Positions 9,334 to 20,248 of a stretch of DNA of 64,000 bases are shown here, piece after piece; within the stretch, counting starts at the first letter, position 1, and every line of letters begins with the position of its first letter. This stretch comes from a virus: IMG/VR virus record IMGVR_UViG_3300045988_141753; one strand, written 5' to 3'. The notes under the pieces are model-generated. The model was given only the letters and a program-made list of their open reading frames with translations. It was not told where the DNA came from and ran no database searches. Both the position numbers and the translations under genes were made by a program.

Positions 9334-11030
9334 AACAACGAAACATGAATTATAAAATAATAGGCAATAATGATTATTACCATATTCCAATATCTATTTT
9401 TACTAATAGAGGAATAACTAACGTTAGTGAATACACTCATTTAACCGATGATGTATTAATTTCTTATGATAATCTTGACAATATTAATGAAGCGGTTCAA
9501 ATGTTAGATAAACACATTAAAAGCAATAGTAAAATAGCGATTATTGTTGATTGCGATGTTGACGGTCAGTGCAGTGCTGCTATGATGTATTCTTATTTGA
9601 AAAGGCTTAACAAAGAAATTGATATTACATATCTGATACATTCTGGAAAGCAACATGGTATTTCTTCTGAGATAGAAATGCCTGAAAGCACAAACTTGTT
9701 GATTATTCCCGATGCAGGAAGTAATGATACTGAACAATGCAAGCAGTTGACAGAACAGGGTGTTGATATACTTGTTCTCGATCACCATGATATTGAAAGA
9801 ACAAACCCATATGCGGTTATAGTAAACAATCAGTGTAGTTCAGAATACTCTAATAAAGAATTATGCGGTGCAGGAATTGTATATAAATTTCTACAAGCAC
9901 TCGATGATTGCTACTGGAATGATTATGCCGATGATTACCTTAACCTTGTGGCACTAGCTAATATTTCTGACATTATGGATTTACGTTCTTTTGAAACAAA
10001 AAGGCTGATTGATAAAGGTCTTTATAACGTCACAAATAAATGCTTTGAAGAATTTATTAATGCTCAAAATTATTCCATGAAAGGCAAAATTAATCCTCAT
10101 ACTATTGCATTTTGCATTACTTCCCTGATAAACGCAATGTGTAGAGTTGGTGATATGGAAGAAAAGGACTTACTTTTCAGAGCGTTTATTGAACAGGACG
10201 AAGAATTTGAATATAAAAAACGTGGCGAAACTGAAAATACAAAAGAAAATATTTATCAAAGAGCCGTAAGACTCTGTAAAAACGCTAAATCAAGACAGGA
10301 TAATCAAGTGAAAAAGTTACTTCCTGCGTTAAGGAAAAGCGTAACTAATGACAAAAATACAGTTTTATTCTTAAAAGGTAACAATATCCCAAGTGTATTT
10401 TCTGGATTAATAGCCATGAAAATGGCTAGTTATGCGAAAAAACCTTGCCTAATACTCCGCAAAGACGAAGAAAATAATGTATATAGAGGGTCTGCAAGAA
10501 ATTTTGACAACAGTTATGTGCCAGACTTAAAGGCTGAACTACTTAAAACAGGTCTGTTTAATTGGTGTCAGGGTCACGCAAATGCTTTCGGTTTTGAGAT
10601 AAAAGCTGAGAACGTGGCTGAAGCAATTAAAGTTTTAAATAAGAATATTAATTCAGACAATCCTTTGCCAATAGATTTTTGTTTTGATTATGACGAATTT
10701 AATATTGGAATGATTTCCGATGTTACATCATTGGAGAATTGTTACGGCACAGGAATTAAAGAGCCTTTGTTTGTCATTAATAATATAGTTTTGGAGCATA
10801 ACCAAGGCGTTGTCATGGGTAAAAATGAAGATACATGGAAGTTTATTACTGACGATAACATTGCAATAATTAAGTTCTGTAATCCTAGTGACGATAAAGT
10901 ATTAGACTTTTTGAACGGATATGATGATGAAATTTGTATTAACGCTCTATGTCAATTAAATGTTTCTGAATATAAGGGGGTAATTACCCCACAAATAGTT
11001 ATTTTGAAATATGAGGAGGTTGAAAGGTAA
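9330..11030 (+). CDS. RecJ-like DHH-family ssDNA exonuclease
   Basis: DHH motifs DCDVDG, IIPDAGS and LVLDHHD. The start is uncertain: GTG 9330 overlaps the primase stop, or ATG 9345. Confidence 0.7.
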   Translation: MKQRNMNYKIIGNNDYYHIPISIFTNRGITNVSEYTHLTDDVLISYDNLDNINEAVQMLDKHIKSNSKIAIIVDCDVDGQCSAAMMYSYLKRLNKEIDITYLIHSGKQHGISSEIEMPESTNLLIIPDAGSNDTEQCKQLTEQGVDILVLDHHDIERTNPYAVIVNNQCSSEYSNKELCGAGIVYKFLQALDDCYWNDYADDYLNLVALANISDIMDLRSFETKRLIDKGLYNVTNKCFEEFINAQNYSMKGKINPHTIAFCITSLINAMCRVGDMEEKDLLFRAFIEQDEEFEYKKRGETENTKENIYQRAVRLCKNAKSRQDNQVKKLLPALRKSVTNDKNTVLFLKGNNIPSVFSGLIAMKMASYAKKPCLILRKDEENNVYRGSARNFDNSYVPDLKAELLKTGLFNWCQGHANAFGFEIKAENVAEAIKVLNKNINSDNPLPIDFCFDYDEFNIGMISDVTSLENCYGTGIKEPLFVINNIVLEHNQGVVMGKNEDTWKFITDDNIAIIKFCNPSDDKVLDFLNGYDDEICINALCQLNVSEYKGVITPQIVILKYEEVER

Positions 11031-12184
11031 TGTACAGTTCTTTACATAACCATACAATGTACTCGTTATTGGACGGCTATGGTACACCAAAAGAAATGCT
11101 TGAACAATGCCGAAAAGTCGGTATTAAAGCATATGCAGTTACGGAACATGGCAACCAATATTCATGGATATATTTCGATCAACTATCTAAAGAATATCCT
11201 GATATTAAATTAATATATGGCGTAGAGCTGTATGAATGTTTCGATACGGCTGTAAAAGATAAGAACAATAAGTATTTTCATCTTATCGCTCTCGCAAAAA
11301 ATGAGAATGGCAGAAAGGCTTTAAATAAAATTATCACTAAGTCAAATCTTGAAAATTTTTATTTTAAGCCTAGAGTGCAGATTTCAGATATTGCTCCGTA
11401 TGCAGAAGATTTAATTATTTGTTCTGCTTGTTTGGCTTCAAAATTAGCTAAAGAAAGTGATTTTAATATTTGTGTTAAATATATCGAAGAATACAAATCG
11501 TTATTTCCTAATTTCTATTTGGAAATGCAATCTCACAAATCAGAAGAACAAACTAATTACAATAAAAAGATCTTGAAACTATCTGAGGTAACAAACACTC
11601 CATACATAATTACTACAGATAGCCACGCAGCCACAAAGGAAGATTTATATTATCAGGGTAGGCACGTTCAGATAGCCCACGACACTGAAACAATGTCTGA
11701 AAGCTACGAAGGCTGTTATCTGCAAAGCGAAGAAGAAATTCATACAACTATGGATAAACAAATTGGGGTAAATAATGCTACAAAAGGTTTAAATCAGACT
11801 AATGCTTTAGCTGATATGATAGAAGAAGTACATATGCCTTTTCAAGACCCACAGTTACCGACATATCCCCTGCCAAGTGGATATAAGTCTAATAATGAAT
11901 TTCTTTTACATCTTATTGACGAGGGGTGGAAAACTAGAAATTTTGACAAGCTTTCTAAAGAAGAACAGAAGATAATGAAAGACCGACTAGACTATGAAAT
12001 GGGAATTATTCATCAAATGAATTTTGACGGTTATTTCATTATTGTATGGGACTTTATAAATTATGCGAAAACTCATGGGGTTAAAATAGGTTCAGGACGT
12101 GGCTCTGGAGCAGGAAGTCTTGTATGCTATACAATAGGTATAACTGACCTAAACCCTATTAAATATGGATTGATTTTTGAGCGT
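11030..12184 (+). CDS. dnaE: DNA polymerase III alpha (DnaE-type), exon 1 (PHP domain + start of palm)
   Basis: PHP motifs [12 protein letters not shown] and VTEHGN. The exon ends ...[32 protein letters not shown], and the frame stops 2 codons later. Confidence 0.85.
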
Positions 12185-13369
12185 AGATAGGTTGCACTCG
12201 TTAAATTCCGTTAATTCGGTATCAGCAAACTAAGACTTCTCATTGAGAGCAAACCGATAATGAGACAAGACCATAGACGAATAAGCTGACTAAGAAACCC
12301 TAAACCTATAACTAGGTGAGATAAAGGGAATACCGAGCCAAATCTTTTAGTGATAAAAGAAAGTGTGTAACGACTAGGAAATGAGACTTTAGAGCCAATA
12401 ATTTCCCACGAAGACGGAATAAAAACTTTTGTCTTTATCATTAGAAAAGGAATGATGAAGATAGAACAATTAAAAAGAAAAGAGACTTTACAAAACGAAG
12501 AACCCAAATGCCTAAAATGTGGCAGGTGTCTTACATCAAAACAAATTAGTAAAAAAAATAAATTTTGTTGTCATGGCTGTGCTACTTCATATAGACAAAT
12601 GGCACATGATCCAAATATTTTTGAAATAAAAGATAAGGATATTTTATATTATTTACTTGGACTTATTTTCACTGATGGCAATTTAGATGTGCTTGAAACA
12701 AGAGTTACTTTGTCGCTAACGCAAAAAGAAGTTATAGAATATTTATACCCTTATTTTTGTGATGTGGTGAAACGCAAAATATATGAATATCAGCCAAAGA
12801 ATTGTAAAAATGCCCATTGCTCTTATACAATTATAAATACTAATTTGGAAACAATAAATGAATTAAAAAAGATGTCTTTAACACCCAAGAACAGTAGTAA
12901 CAAGCAATTTCCGAATATACCCTTGCCATATATTTCGTCATTTTTAAGAGGTGTCTTTGATGGCGATGGGTGTATTTTTAATAATACGAACAAAGCGAAC
13001 AACAAAAAATATCAAAAAATAACAATAACCTGTGCTTCTGAAAAATTTGTTGATGGTTTGGTTAATATTTTAAATTATATTGGGCTGACTCCTACAGTTG
13101 TTCTGGACTCAAGACGCAAAAACAATGAAATAAAAACATACTACGTTTGTATTAACAGACAACGTGACGTCAGATACTTTTTTGATTTTATTTATAAAGA
13201 TGCACAAATTTATATAAATTATAAAAAGCAAAAATTCGCATAGATACATATGCGATAAAGACAAAAGTTTGAAAAATATAGTCTAAACTGGGTTGGAAGT
13301 AACCAACAGATGAAAATGAGGGAAACCTCCAGAGCATAGGATAAAGAGCCTATGGTTAATAACAAATTG
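12185..13369 (+). mobile_element. Group I intron 1 of dnaE, carrying a LAGLIDADG ORF
   Basis: The upstream exon ends in T and the intron ends ...ACAAATTG. AACGACTAG (12369-12377) pairs with ATAGTCT (13278-13284). The ORF sits in the loop of a perfect 17-bp stem (12423-12439 / 13254-13270). Confidence 0.85.
12452..13243 (+). CDS. LAGLIDADG homing endonuclease (double-motif) with N-terminal Cys4 finger
   Basis: Motifs LLGLIFTDGNL and FLRGVFDGDGCI. N-terminal CLKCGRC...CCHGC. Located inside the dnaE intron. Confidence 0.85.
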   Translation: MMKIEQLKRKETLQNEEPKCLKCGRCLTSKQISKKNKFCCHGCATSYRQMAHDPNIFEIKDKDILYYLLGLIFTDGNLDVLETRVTLSLTQKEVIEYLYPYFCDVVKRKIYEYQPKNCKNAHCSYTIINTNLETINELKKMSLTPKNSSNKQFPNIPLPYISSFLRGVFDGDGCIFNNTNKANNKKYQKITITCASEKFVDGLVNILNYIGLTPTVVLDSRRKNNEIKTYYVCINRQRDVRYFFDFIYKDAQIYINYKKQKFA

Positions 13370-13402
13370 TTCCTCAATCCTGAGAGAGTTTCAATGCCAG
13401 AT
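13370..13402 (+). CDS. dnaE: dnaE mini-exon (11 codons, FLNPERVSMPD)
   Basis: ttcctcaatcctgagagagtttcaatgccagat encodes the near-universal DnaE motif FLNPERVSMPD. This is exactly the piece missing between ...LIFER and LDIDV... Confidence 0.85.
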
Positions 13403-13776
13403 TGATTTTCGGTCGAGCATATGGGAAACCATATGTGTTAAGTGTGGTGAACCTATAAAATATAGGGTGTTAATTAAACAATTATTATAATTGTAGCCGC
13501 AGGAAATGGCGGTGTGTTAATTAGCTAACAGGGAATATCTAAGTCGTTCTGTCTGACGATATGACAATCCTGTGCGAAGTTGTATTTTATGATTTAATAA
13601 AAGGTATAGCACTTTGTCAAATTATAAGTACAAAACGTCAAACGACTAGCTCAATGGAGCGTAGGGTCAAGTGAAATTCTTGACTCGAAGTGCCACACGC
13701 CTAAACGTATTATTAGAACTGTAATACGCATGGTGAAGATATAGTCTATTCATTGCAGAAATGTAATGTAGTAAAG
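13403..13776 (+). mobile_element. Group I intron 2 of dnaE (ORF-less)
   Basis: AACGACTAG (13641-13649), then GTAGGGTCAAGTGA...CTTGACTCGAA (as in the T4 td core) and ATAGTCT (13741-13747). The upstream exon ends in T and the intron ends in G (13776). Confidence 0.85.
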
Positions 13777-15828
13777 TTGGACATCGATGTTTCAGACAGA
13801 CCTACAGTAATAAATTACCTGATTGACAAATATGGTGAAAATCGTGTTTGTCAGATTATAAATTTCTCATATATAACACCTGTTGTAGCCATAAAAGATG
13901 TTGGTAAAATACTAGGTTTTAAATATAATGAAATGGATAAACTGTCCAAAAAGTTTTCGTACAATACATTCCAAGAGTGTATTAACAACAACATAAACTA
14001 CTTATCTGAACACCCTGAGTACAGTGAGTTGCTTGACATAGCAGGCAAGTTGAGTGGTAGAGTTAAAACAGTTAGTTGCCACGCAGGTGGTGTCGGTATC
14101 GTTGATACTGACATTAGCGACTATATGGCAATGAAACTAGGCTCTGACGGTGAACACGTCATTCAGGTTGATAAAAGGCTTGTCGAACAAATAGGCATTA
14201 TTAAGTTTGATATTCTTGGTGTTCAGACCTTAAAAATGGTACAGGAAATTCAAAATGACTTGCACTTATCTGAATATGATATAAATATCAACAACCCCAA
14301 ATTTGAAAATGATAGAAGTCCATTTGAACTGTTAAACAAAGCATTGACGAATGGTGTGTTTCAGGTAGAAAGTGCAGGTATGAAAGACTTGTTGCTCAGA
14401 CTACAAGCAACTAATATGGAAGATTTGTCGGCTGTTTTGGCATTGTATAGACCTGATTCAATGGGAGCTTTGGAGGAGTTTATCAAATGTAAGCATGATC
14501 CTTCACTTGTTACCTATATACACCCCGACATGAAGCCTATTTTGGAAAGCACTTACGGCTGCATGATCTATCAGGAACAACTTTTGGATATTGTAAGAAC
14601 TTTTGGTGGCAGAAGCTATGGTGGAGCTGACTTATTCCGCAAGGCGATAGGCAAAAAGAATATTGAACTTGTTAAGCAAGAGTCAGAAAAGCTGTACCAA
14701 GAAATTATTGACAATGGATATTCTCATGAAATTGCCAAAACGATTAGTGAAGAATTGAAAACTAAAGGTGGTTATCTGTTCAACAAATCACATAGTTATA
14801 GCTACGCTGTTCTATGCTTTCAAACTGCTTATTTAAAAATAAATTACCCTGTTTATTTTTTCAAAGCACTATTTAATTTGAACAAAGATAAGGCGGGTAT
14901 GGTAAATAAATACATTGTAGACTCTAAACAGTTTGGAGTAACTGTTTTGCCACCTCATATTAATAAATCGCAAGTCGATTTTTCTATTTACGATAATAAT
15001 GTTATGTTTGGTTTTTCTGCGATTACAGGCATTGGTGAACGAATAGCCCAAGAGATTGTTGCTGAGCGTGAGAAGAATGGTAAGTATAAAAACCTTCAAG
15101 ATTTGCTGTCAAGAACAACACTGACAAAAACTCAGATTATTAACTTAATGAAGTCAGGTGCAATACCTACGAAAGATAAAAAGAATTGCCTATTGAAATA
15201 TTTGAAGTCATTGTATAAACCATTAGAATATAAAGAATTGTCTAAGTTGCCAACATATAACAAGCTTATTATTGACTATGATATTGATATTGAAAAATAT
15301 CGTATCGGCAACGGCAAGTATGACTATGACAAAGATCTGTTACTCACTCTTGTAAACCAGAAAAAGAAAGAAAAGTTTGACCTACAGCAAGAAGATAGGT
15401 TGAAACAATTTCTTTTAACCAATAACAAATATCTTGAAAACGCTGATTTTTGGGAGTTTGAAGCATTACAGATATTTATACATAATAACCCATTTGAAGA
15501 AGCACTCCCCTATCTAACAACAACCTTTGAAACCGTTGAGAATGATAATGATTGCGTTGTTGTAGGTGTTATTTCCAGAGTACAAAAGAAAAAGGACAGA
15601 AATAAAAAACCATTTGCTTTTGTGAATATTTACTCCACCTTCGGTATTATAGAGGGAGTTCTTTGGAATAGTCAACTTGTACAGTATGAAGATTTAGTCA
15701 AGAAAGGCTCTCAGGTTGCTATTAAATGCAGAAAAACAGATGAAGATAAAGTTACAATACAGGCTATGCGACCATATGTTGAATGGCTTTCAGAAAGGAA
15801 GAAAAGACATGGCAGAAAAAACATTTAA
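13777..15828 (+). CDS. dnaE: DNA polymerase III alpha (DnaE-type), exon 3
   Basis: The frame is open from 13753 without RBS or ATG. It begins LDIDVSDRPTVINYLIDKYGENRVCQIINF..., matching the DnaE DFDIDF...YG..RVAQI region, and continues through the fingers/HhH and OB-like C-terminus. Confidence 0.85.
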   Translation: MDIDVSDRPTVINYLIDKYGENRVCQIINFSYITPVVAIKDVGKILGFKYNEMDKLSKKFSYNTFQECINNNINYLSEHPEYSELLDIAGKLSGRVKTVSCHAGGVGIVDTDISDYMAMKLGSDGEHVIQVDKRLVEQIGIIKFDILGVQTLKMVQEIQNDLHLSEYDININNPKFENDRSPFELLNKALTNGVFQVESAGMKDLLLRLQATNMEDLSAVLALYRPDSMGALEEFIKCKHDPSLVTYIHPDMKPILESTYGCMIYQEQLLDIVRTFGGRSYGGADLFRKAIGKKNIELVKQESEKLYQEIIDNGYSHEIAKTISEELKTKGGYLFNKSHSYSYAVLCFQTAYLKINYPVYFFKALFNLNKDKAGMVNKYIVDSKQFGVTVLPPHINKSQVDFSIYDNNVMFGFSAITGIGERIAQEIVAEREKNGKYKNLQDLLSRTTLTKTQIINLMKSGAIPTKDKKNCLLKYLKSLYKPLEYKELSKLPTYNKLIIDYDIDIEKYRIGNGKYDYDKDLLLTLVNQKKKEKFDLQQEDRLKQFLLTNNKYLENADFWEFEALQIFIHNNPFEEALPYLTTTFETVENDNDCVVVGVISRVQKKKDRNKKPFAFVNIYSTFGIIEGVLWNSQLVQYEDLVKKGSQVAIKCRKTDEDKVTIQAMRPYVEWLSERKKRHGRKNI

Positions 15829-18031
15829 GTTTAAAATCATTCCTCAACAGGAGCGATTTTATAACGAAAATAGTAATTGGGGAGTGTACACATTCACAAC
15901 AACTTCTAATGACATTCCATATTTTTATGATTGTTATGACGATCCCTTTGGCGACAACCCAAGGCAGTTAAAAGGTAGCACATTGGCAGGTAAAATGCAA
16001 CGCTTAACAATCGGTGTCGAGTACAATGCTGAGGTTACTTGCTCTTTTAATAGTAAATATAACTCGTATCAGTATACTCCAATCTCCATTACTGCAAATG
16101 TGCCTAAGACAGAAGAACAACAAATAGCATATTTGAAAACTCAGGTCACAGAACTGCAAGCAAAAAACATTTTAGCTGTCTACCCAAATGTAATTGATGA
16201 TGTTATTCATAATAGAGAAATTGATTTTACAAAAATCAAGGGTATGGGCGAAAAGAGTTGGAATAGGATAAAAGATAATATATTGAATAACTATGTTATT
16301 TCAGATATCCTTATTATGCTTCAGCCGTTGGGTGTAACATATGCCATGATAAGTAAATTGATCTCTAATGAACCTAACCCTCAATTATTGAAGGAAAAGT
16401 TACTTGACAATCCTTACATCATGACAGAAATTCGTGGTTTGGGTTTTAAGAGAGTCGATGATTTGGCGTTGAAGTTAAATCTAGATATCAGGATATCAAC
16501 CAAAAGAGTTGTGGCATTTATCAAGTATTATCTTGAGAGTGTTGGAAACAATGACGGTCATTCATATGTGCTAGAGTCAGTATTGGATAATGCGGTCAGA
16601 GATAACATAAACGATTGTTATGAAATGTACGAGAGCTTTAAATCCACACAAAAGCAACATGAGATATTTCTACATTTTGAAGAAAATAAGGTAGGGCTAT
16701 TACGCCAATATAAAACTGAAATATCTATTTTGGATATTCTAAAAAATCTCAATGAACAAGAAACAGACTATAAGATTAACATTGAAAAGGGTATCTCAGA
16801 AGCAGAAAGAGAACAAGGTTTTTGCTATACAGACGAACAAAAACAAGAGATATATAAGGCTTGTGGCAGTTCTGTAGTGCTTATAACAGGTAGAGCAGGA
16901 ACAGGTAAAAGCTCAATTTTAAGAGGACTCACAAAGATATATAAAAGCTATTCTATATCAGCTTGTGCTTTATCTGCTAAAGCTGCGATCAGGATAACTG
17001 AGGCAACAGGTTTGTTCGCAAGTACAATTCATAGGTTGCTTGGTTTTAACAAGACAGGTTTTGTTTATAACTCTAACAACAGATTGTCTAGTGATATTAT
17101 CGTACTTGATGAAGCTTCAATGGTTAATTCATCATTATTTTATAGCTTGGTTTCTGCTATAAAAGAGGGTGCAAAAGTAATTATTGTAGGTGATGACGGT
17201 CAGTTACCACCAATAGGCTGTGGCAATATCTTTCATGATTTGCTTAATTGTAATGCGTTTACTTGTTGTAAACTGACTAAGATTTTAAGACAGGCTCAAA
17301 AGTCAGGTATTATTTCGGACTCAGTTAAAATTAGAAATGGAGAAAACCCATTGCCTGAACCGAAACTGAAAGTTGTTACTGGCGAACTACAAGACATGAC
17401 CTATATGTTTAGAGAGAGCCGTGAAGGTATGCGTGAATTGGCTATTAAATTGTATACAATGGCAGCTAAGAAAGACGGCTATGATGAAACGATTATTTTG
17501 ACACCTTGTAAAAAGGACAGGATAAATAGCTCTTTTGAAATCAACTCTATCTTGCAAGATATGATAATTCCACCTGATACTGCACCTGAGATCAGGTATG
17601 GTAATAAGACATTTCGTCTTGGGTCGAAAGTTATTCAAAGAACGAATGACTATGATAGAAATGTTTTCAATGGTGAAATGGGTTATATTACAAAAATTGA
17701 ACAGACAATTAAAGACGGCAAGAAGCAGAATGTTGTTACAATTAAATTTGCCGACAAGGAAATTGATTTCTTACAAAATGATTTAAGTAGTATTGAGTTG
17801 GCTTACTGTCTGACTTGCCATTTAACGCAAGGTAGCGGTTTTAAGAATGTTATCGTACTGATCGACAATACCCATTATAAACTGCTTGACCGCTGTATGC
17901 TGTATACTGCGATTACCAGAGCCAAAACTAAATGTGCATTGATTGCCGAGCCTAGTGCCTTTCAGAGGTGCTTGAAAATGCAGGCTTCGCAAAGAAACAC
18001 TTGGTTGAGTTTGTTGTACAATAATATATAG
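15809..18031 (+). CDS. RecD-like SF1B DNA helicase
   Basis: ATG 15809 follows GAAAGGAAG and overlaps the dnaE end by 20 nt. Walker A is GRAGTGKSS and Walker B is IIVLDEASMV. Other motifs: VGDDGQLPPIG, HLTQGSGF, LYTAITRAK. Confidence 0.8.
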   Translation: MAEKTFKFKIIPQQERFYNENSNWGVYTFTTTSNDIPYFYDCYDDPFGDNPRQLKGSTLAGKMQRLTIGVEYNAEVTCSFNSKYNSYQYTPISITANVPKTEEQQIAYLKTQVTELQAKNILAVYPNVIDDVIHNREIDFTKIKGMGEKSWNRIKDNILNNYVISDILIMLQPLGVTYAMISKLISNEPNPQLLKEKLLDNPYIMTEIRGLGFKRVDDLALKLNLDIRISTKRVVAFIKYYLESVGNNDGHSYVLESVLDNAVRDNINDCYEMYESFKSTQKQHEIFLHFEENKVGLLRQYKTEISILDILKNLNEQETDYKINIEKGISEAEREQGFCYTDEQKQEIYKACGSSVVLITGRAGTGKSSILRGLTKIYKSYSISACALSAKAAIRITEATGLFASTIHRLLGFNKTGFVYNSNNRLSSDIIVLDEASMVNSSLFYSLVSAIKEGAKVIIVGDDGQLPPIGCGNIFHDLLNCNAFTCCKLTKILRQAQKSGIISDSVKIRNGENPLPEPKLKVVTGELQDMTYMFRESREGMRELAIKLYTMAAKKDGYDETIILTPCKKDRINSSFEINSILQDMIIPPDTAPEIRYGNKTFRLGSKVIQRTNDYDRNVFNGEMGYITKIEQTIKDGKKQNVVTIKFADKEIDFLQNDLSSIELAYCLTCHLTQGSGFKNVIVLIDNTHYKLLDRCMLYTAITRAKTKCALIAEPSAFQRCLKMQASQRNTWLSLLYNNI

Positions 18032-18064
18032 TTTTTATGGTATAGATTTGTACATTTTGTATAC

Positions 18065-18093
18065 TTGACATATCTCAAAAGTAGTAGTATACT
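18065..18093 (+). promoter_or_regulatory. Sigma-A-type promoter TTGACA-17-TATACT with duplicated 12-mer
   Basis: TTGACA at 18065-18070, a 17-nt spacer, then TATACT at 18088-18093. tctcaaaagtag occurs in the spacer (18073-18084) and again at 18104-18115. Confidence 0.6.
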
Positions 18094-18225
18094 ATAAATA
18101 TAGTCTCAAAAGTAGCATAGTAAAATTAATATGTTGAAAGGTGGTTAAAGAGTGCTAAAGGCAATTAAGAAATGGCTTTACAAAATAAAAGACTTTGTGA
18201 AGTACAAGAGATAGGAGGAAATACT

Positions 18226-18624
18226 ATGAAAGAAATGATATATAAAGGTTCTGTAGAGAATGAACAAAAGGTTATTGATATGCTTGATGAAGGCATTTAC
18301 AAGGGTTTTCATTATGTTATAGTTTCTTACGGCACTCACCCTTGTGCATATATAGAAATTCCAGAGGGGCATAAGTTGTATAATGCTAGTAACCAAAATG
18401 AATTTTATGATATTGCTTGTCATGGTGGAATTAATTTTAACACATATACAGGACTTCCATTTGTTCCTATTAAAAATCCTAATAAGGGTCATTATATTGG
18501 TTGGAGTTTCTCTACTGTTGGTTATGACTATATTTTTGGTATTTGTTACTGTGGCAAGAAATGGACAACCAAAGAAATATTTGAAGATATTAAGAACGTT
18601 ATAGAGCAACTTATAAAAAGTTGA
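18226..18624 (+). CDS. hypothetical protein
   Basis: ATG 18226 follows TAGGAGG. No motif recognised. Confidence 0.6.
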   Translation: MKEMIYKGSVENEQKVIDMLDEGIYKGFHYVIVSYGTHPCAYIEIPEGHKLYNASNQNEFYDIACHGGINFNTYTGLPFVPIKNPNKGHYIGWSFSTVGYDYIFGICYCGKKWTTKEIFEDIKNVIEQLIKS

Positions 18625-18655
18625 TTTTATTTATAAAAGGAGGCAACAATACAGA

Positions 18656-19639
18656 TTGAATAATGATAAATATTCAGATGATAATAAAGTTCATGATACT
18701 CAACGTTTAAAGGAGTTGCAAGCATTACCTTTAGAAAGAAAAGTTCTAATAACTCAAAGTCGTATTCTTGAATGGTATAATTATTGGAATGGACAAGTGT
18801 ATATCTCATTTTCGGGTGGGAAGGACAGTACAGTTCTTTTACATATTGTAAGAAATTTGTTTCCTGATGTTGAAGCTGTGTTTGTTGATACAGGTCTTGA
18901 ATATCCTGAACTTAGGGCTTTTGTTAAAACGTTTGATAACGTTACTTGGCTAAAGCCGAATATGAATTTTCGGCAAATAATAGATACATATGGTTATCCT
19001 CTGATTAGTAAAGAGGTAGCAAACATTATTCGTTACGCAAGAAAAGGCTCGTATACACGTTGGTGTAAGATTTATAATTTTGATGCGATTAAAGATAAAT
19101 ATACACCGAGATATAATTTATCTAGATATAAAAGGCTGGCAGATAGTGATATTCCTATTTCTGAACAATGTTGCGACATAATGAAGAAGAAGCCTTGTAA
19201 GGACTATGAAAAACAAAGTGGAAAAAAGGCTATTTTAGGAACAATGGCTTACGAAAGTGGTATGCGAAAAAAAGAATGGGTTAGAACTGGTTGCAATGCT
19301 TTTGAAGCACTTAGACCAATATCTAAACCAATATCATTTTGGACTGAAAATGATGTTCTTGAATACATAATTAAGAATAATTTACAAATAGCTTCTGTAT
19401 ATGGCAAAGTTGTAAAAACTGATGAGGGGGGGTACACAACAACAGGAGAGAAAAGAACAGGTTGTATGTTTTGTGGATTTGGCTGTCATTTGGAGAAAAG
19501 TCCCAATCGATTTGAGCGTATGAAAATCACTCACCCTCAAATATGGGATTATTGTATTAGACCAAAAGATCAAGGTGGCTTGGGTATGGGAGATGTCTTT
19601 GATTTTATACACGTTCCGTATGGAAAAGAAAAACGTTAA
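18656..19639 (+). CDS. PAPS-reductase/ATP-PPase-fold protein (IbrA/DndC-like)
   Basis: PP-loop ISFSGGKDST. C-terminal Cys cluster TGCMFCGFGCH. TTG start downstream of AAAGGAGG. Confidence 0.65.
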   Translation: MNNDKYSDDNKVHDTQRLKELQALPLERKVLITQSRILEWYNYWNGQVYISFSGGKDSTVLLHIVRNLFPDVEAVFVDTGLEYPELRAFVKTFDNVTWLKPNMNFRQIIDTYGYPLISKEVANIIRYARKGSYTRWCKIYNFDAIKDKYTPRYNLSRYKRLADSDIPISEQCCDIMKKKPCKDYEKQSGKKAILGTMAYESGMRKKEWVRTGCNAFEALRPISKPISFWTENDVLEYIIKNNLQIASVYGKVVKTDEGGYTTTGEKRTGCMFCGFGCHLEKSPNRFERMKITHPQIWDYCIRPKDQGGLGMGDVFDFIHVPYGKEKR

Positions 19640-19669
19640 TAATAAAGTGACAGAAAGGGAGTACGTTAA

Positions 19670-20248
19670 ATGGCTGAACAAAAATTTAAAGTAGGCGACA
19701 GAGTAAAAATCACAGATTTTACAGGAACAATTGTTGGCACTAAGCTTGTAGATAATTCTATTAAATATCATGTAAAAATTGACCAAGGTCGAATTTATAC
19801 TTGGATATTTCAAAATTCACTTGAACACATGGACTCAGATGCTGATAATTTTAAGCAGACAATCACTATTGAAACCGAAAGAAAGACTGGCGAAACTGTC
19901 ATAAGGATATCAAACCCAAGATTTACAACCGATGAGCCTACAGTAAAAGGCACAATCGTTGGTGATGTGGTAAATAAACCAAGCAAACCAAAAATAACAG
20001 ATGAACAGAGAACTGTTTTGGAAGGACTTTATTTGTTGGGTTATAGATATTTAGCTTGTGACGATATTCGTAATGCTTTAGTAGCTTACGAAACACGCCC
20101 CTGCAAAGCAGAAGCAATATGGTATGGTGGAATACATTCAATTAGTGTCAACAACATAACAAAGGTATTAAACAATCTTTGTTCTTGGGAAGACAAAAAG
20201 CCGACCTCGATTGAGTGGTTGCTAGGCAAAAAAGATAAGAATGAGTAA
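19670..20248 (+). CDS. hypothetical protein
   Basis: ATG follows AAAGGGAG. No motif recognised. Confidence 0.55.
   Translation: MAEQKFKVGDRVKITDFTGTIVGTKLVDNSIKYHVKIDQGRIYTWIFQNSLEHMDSDADNFKQTITIETERKTGETVIRISNPRFTTDEPTVKGTIVGDVVNKPSKPKITDEQRTVLEGLYLLGYRYLACDDIRNALVAYETRPCKAEAIWYGGIHSISVNNITKVLNNLCSWEDKKPTSIEWLLGKKDKNE

Noticed and set aside
12211-12507. Minus-strand 98-aa ORF inside dnaE intron 1. Similar intron-internal ORFs occur at 5297-5488 (-), 35333-35518 (+) and 35427-35687 (-).
   Set aside because: They lie in structured intron RNA and lack an RBS. Their composition is odd. Some run across splice sites or into neighbouring genes.
15716-15808. The long version of the RecD-like ORF starting at 15716.
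   Set aside because: That start lies deep inside dnaE exon 3. ATG 15809 has a GAAAGGAAG RBS and gives a sensible N-terminus.
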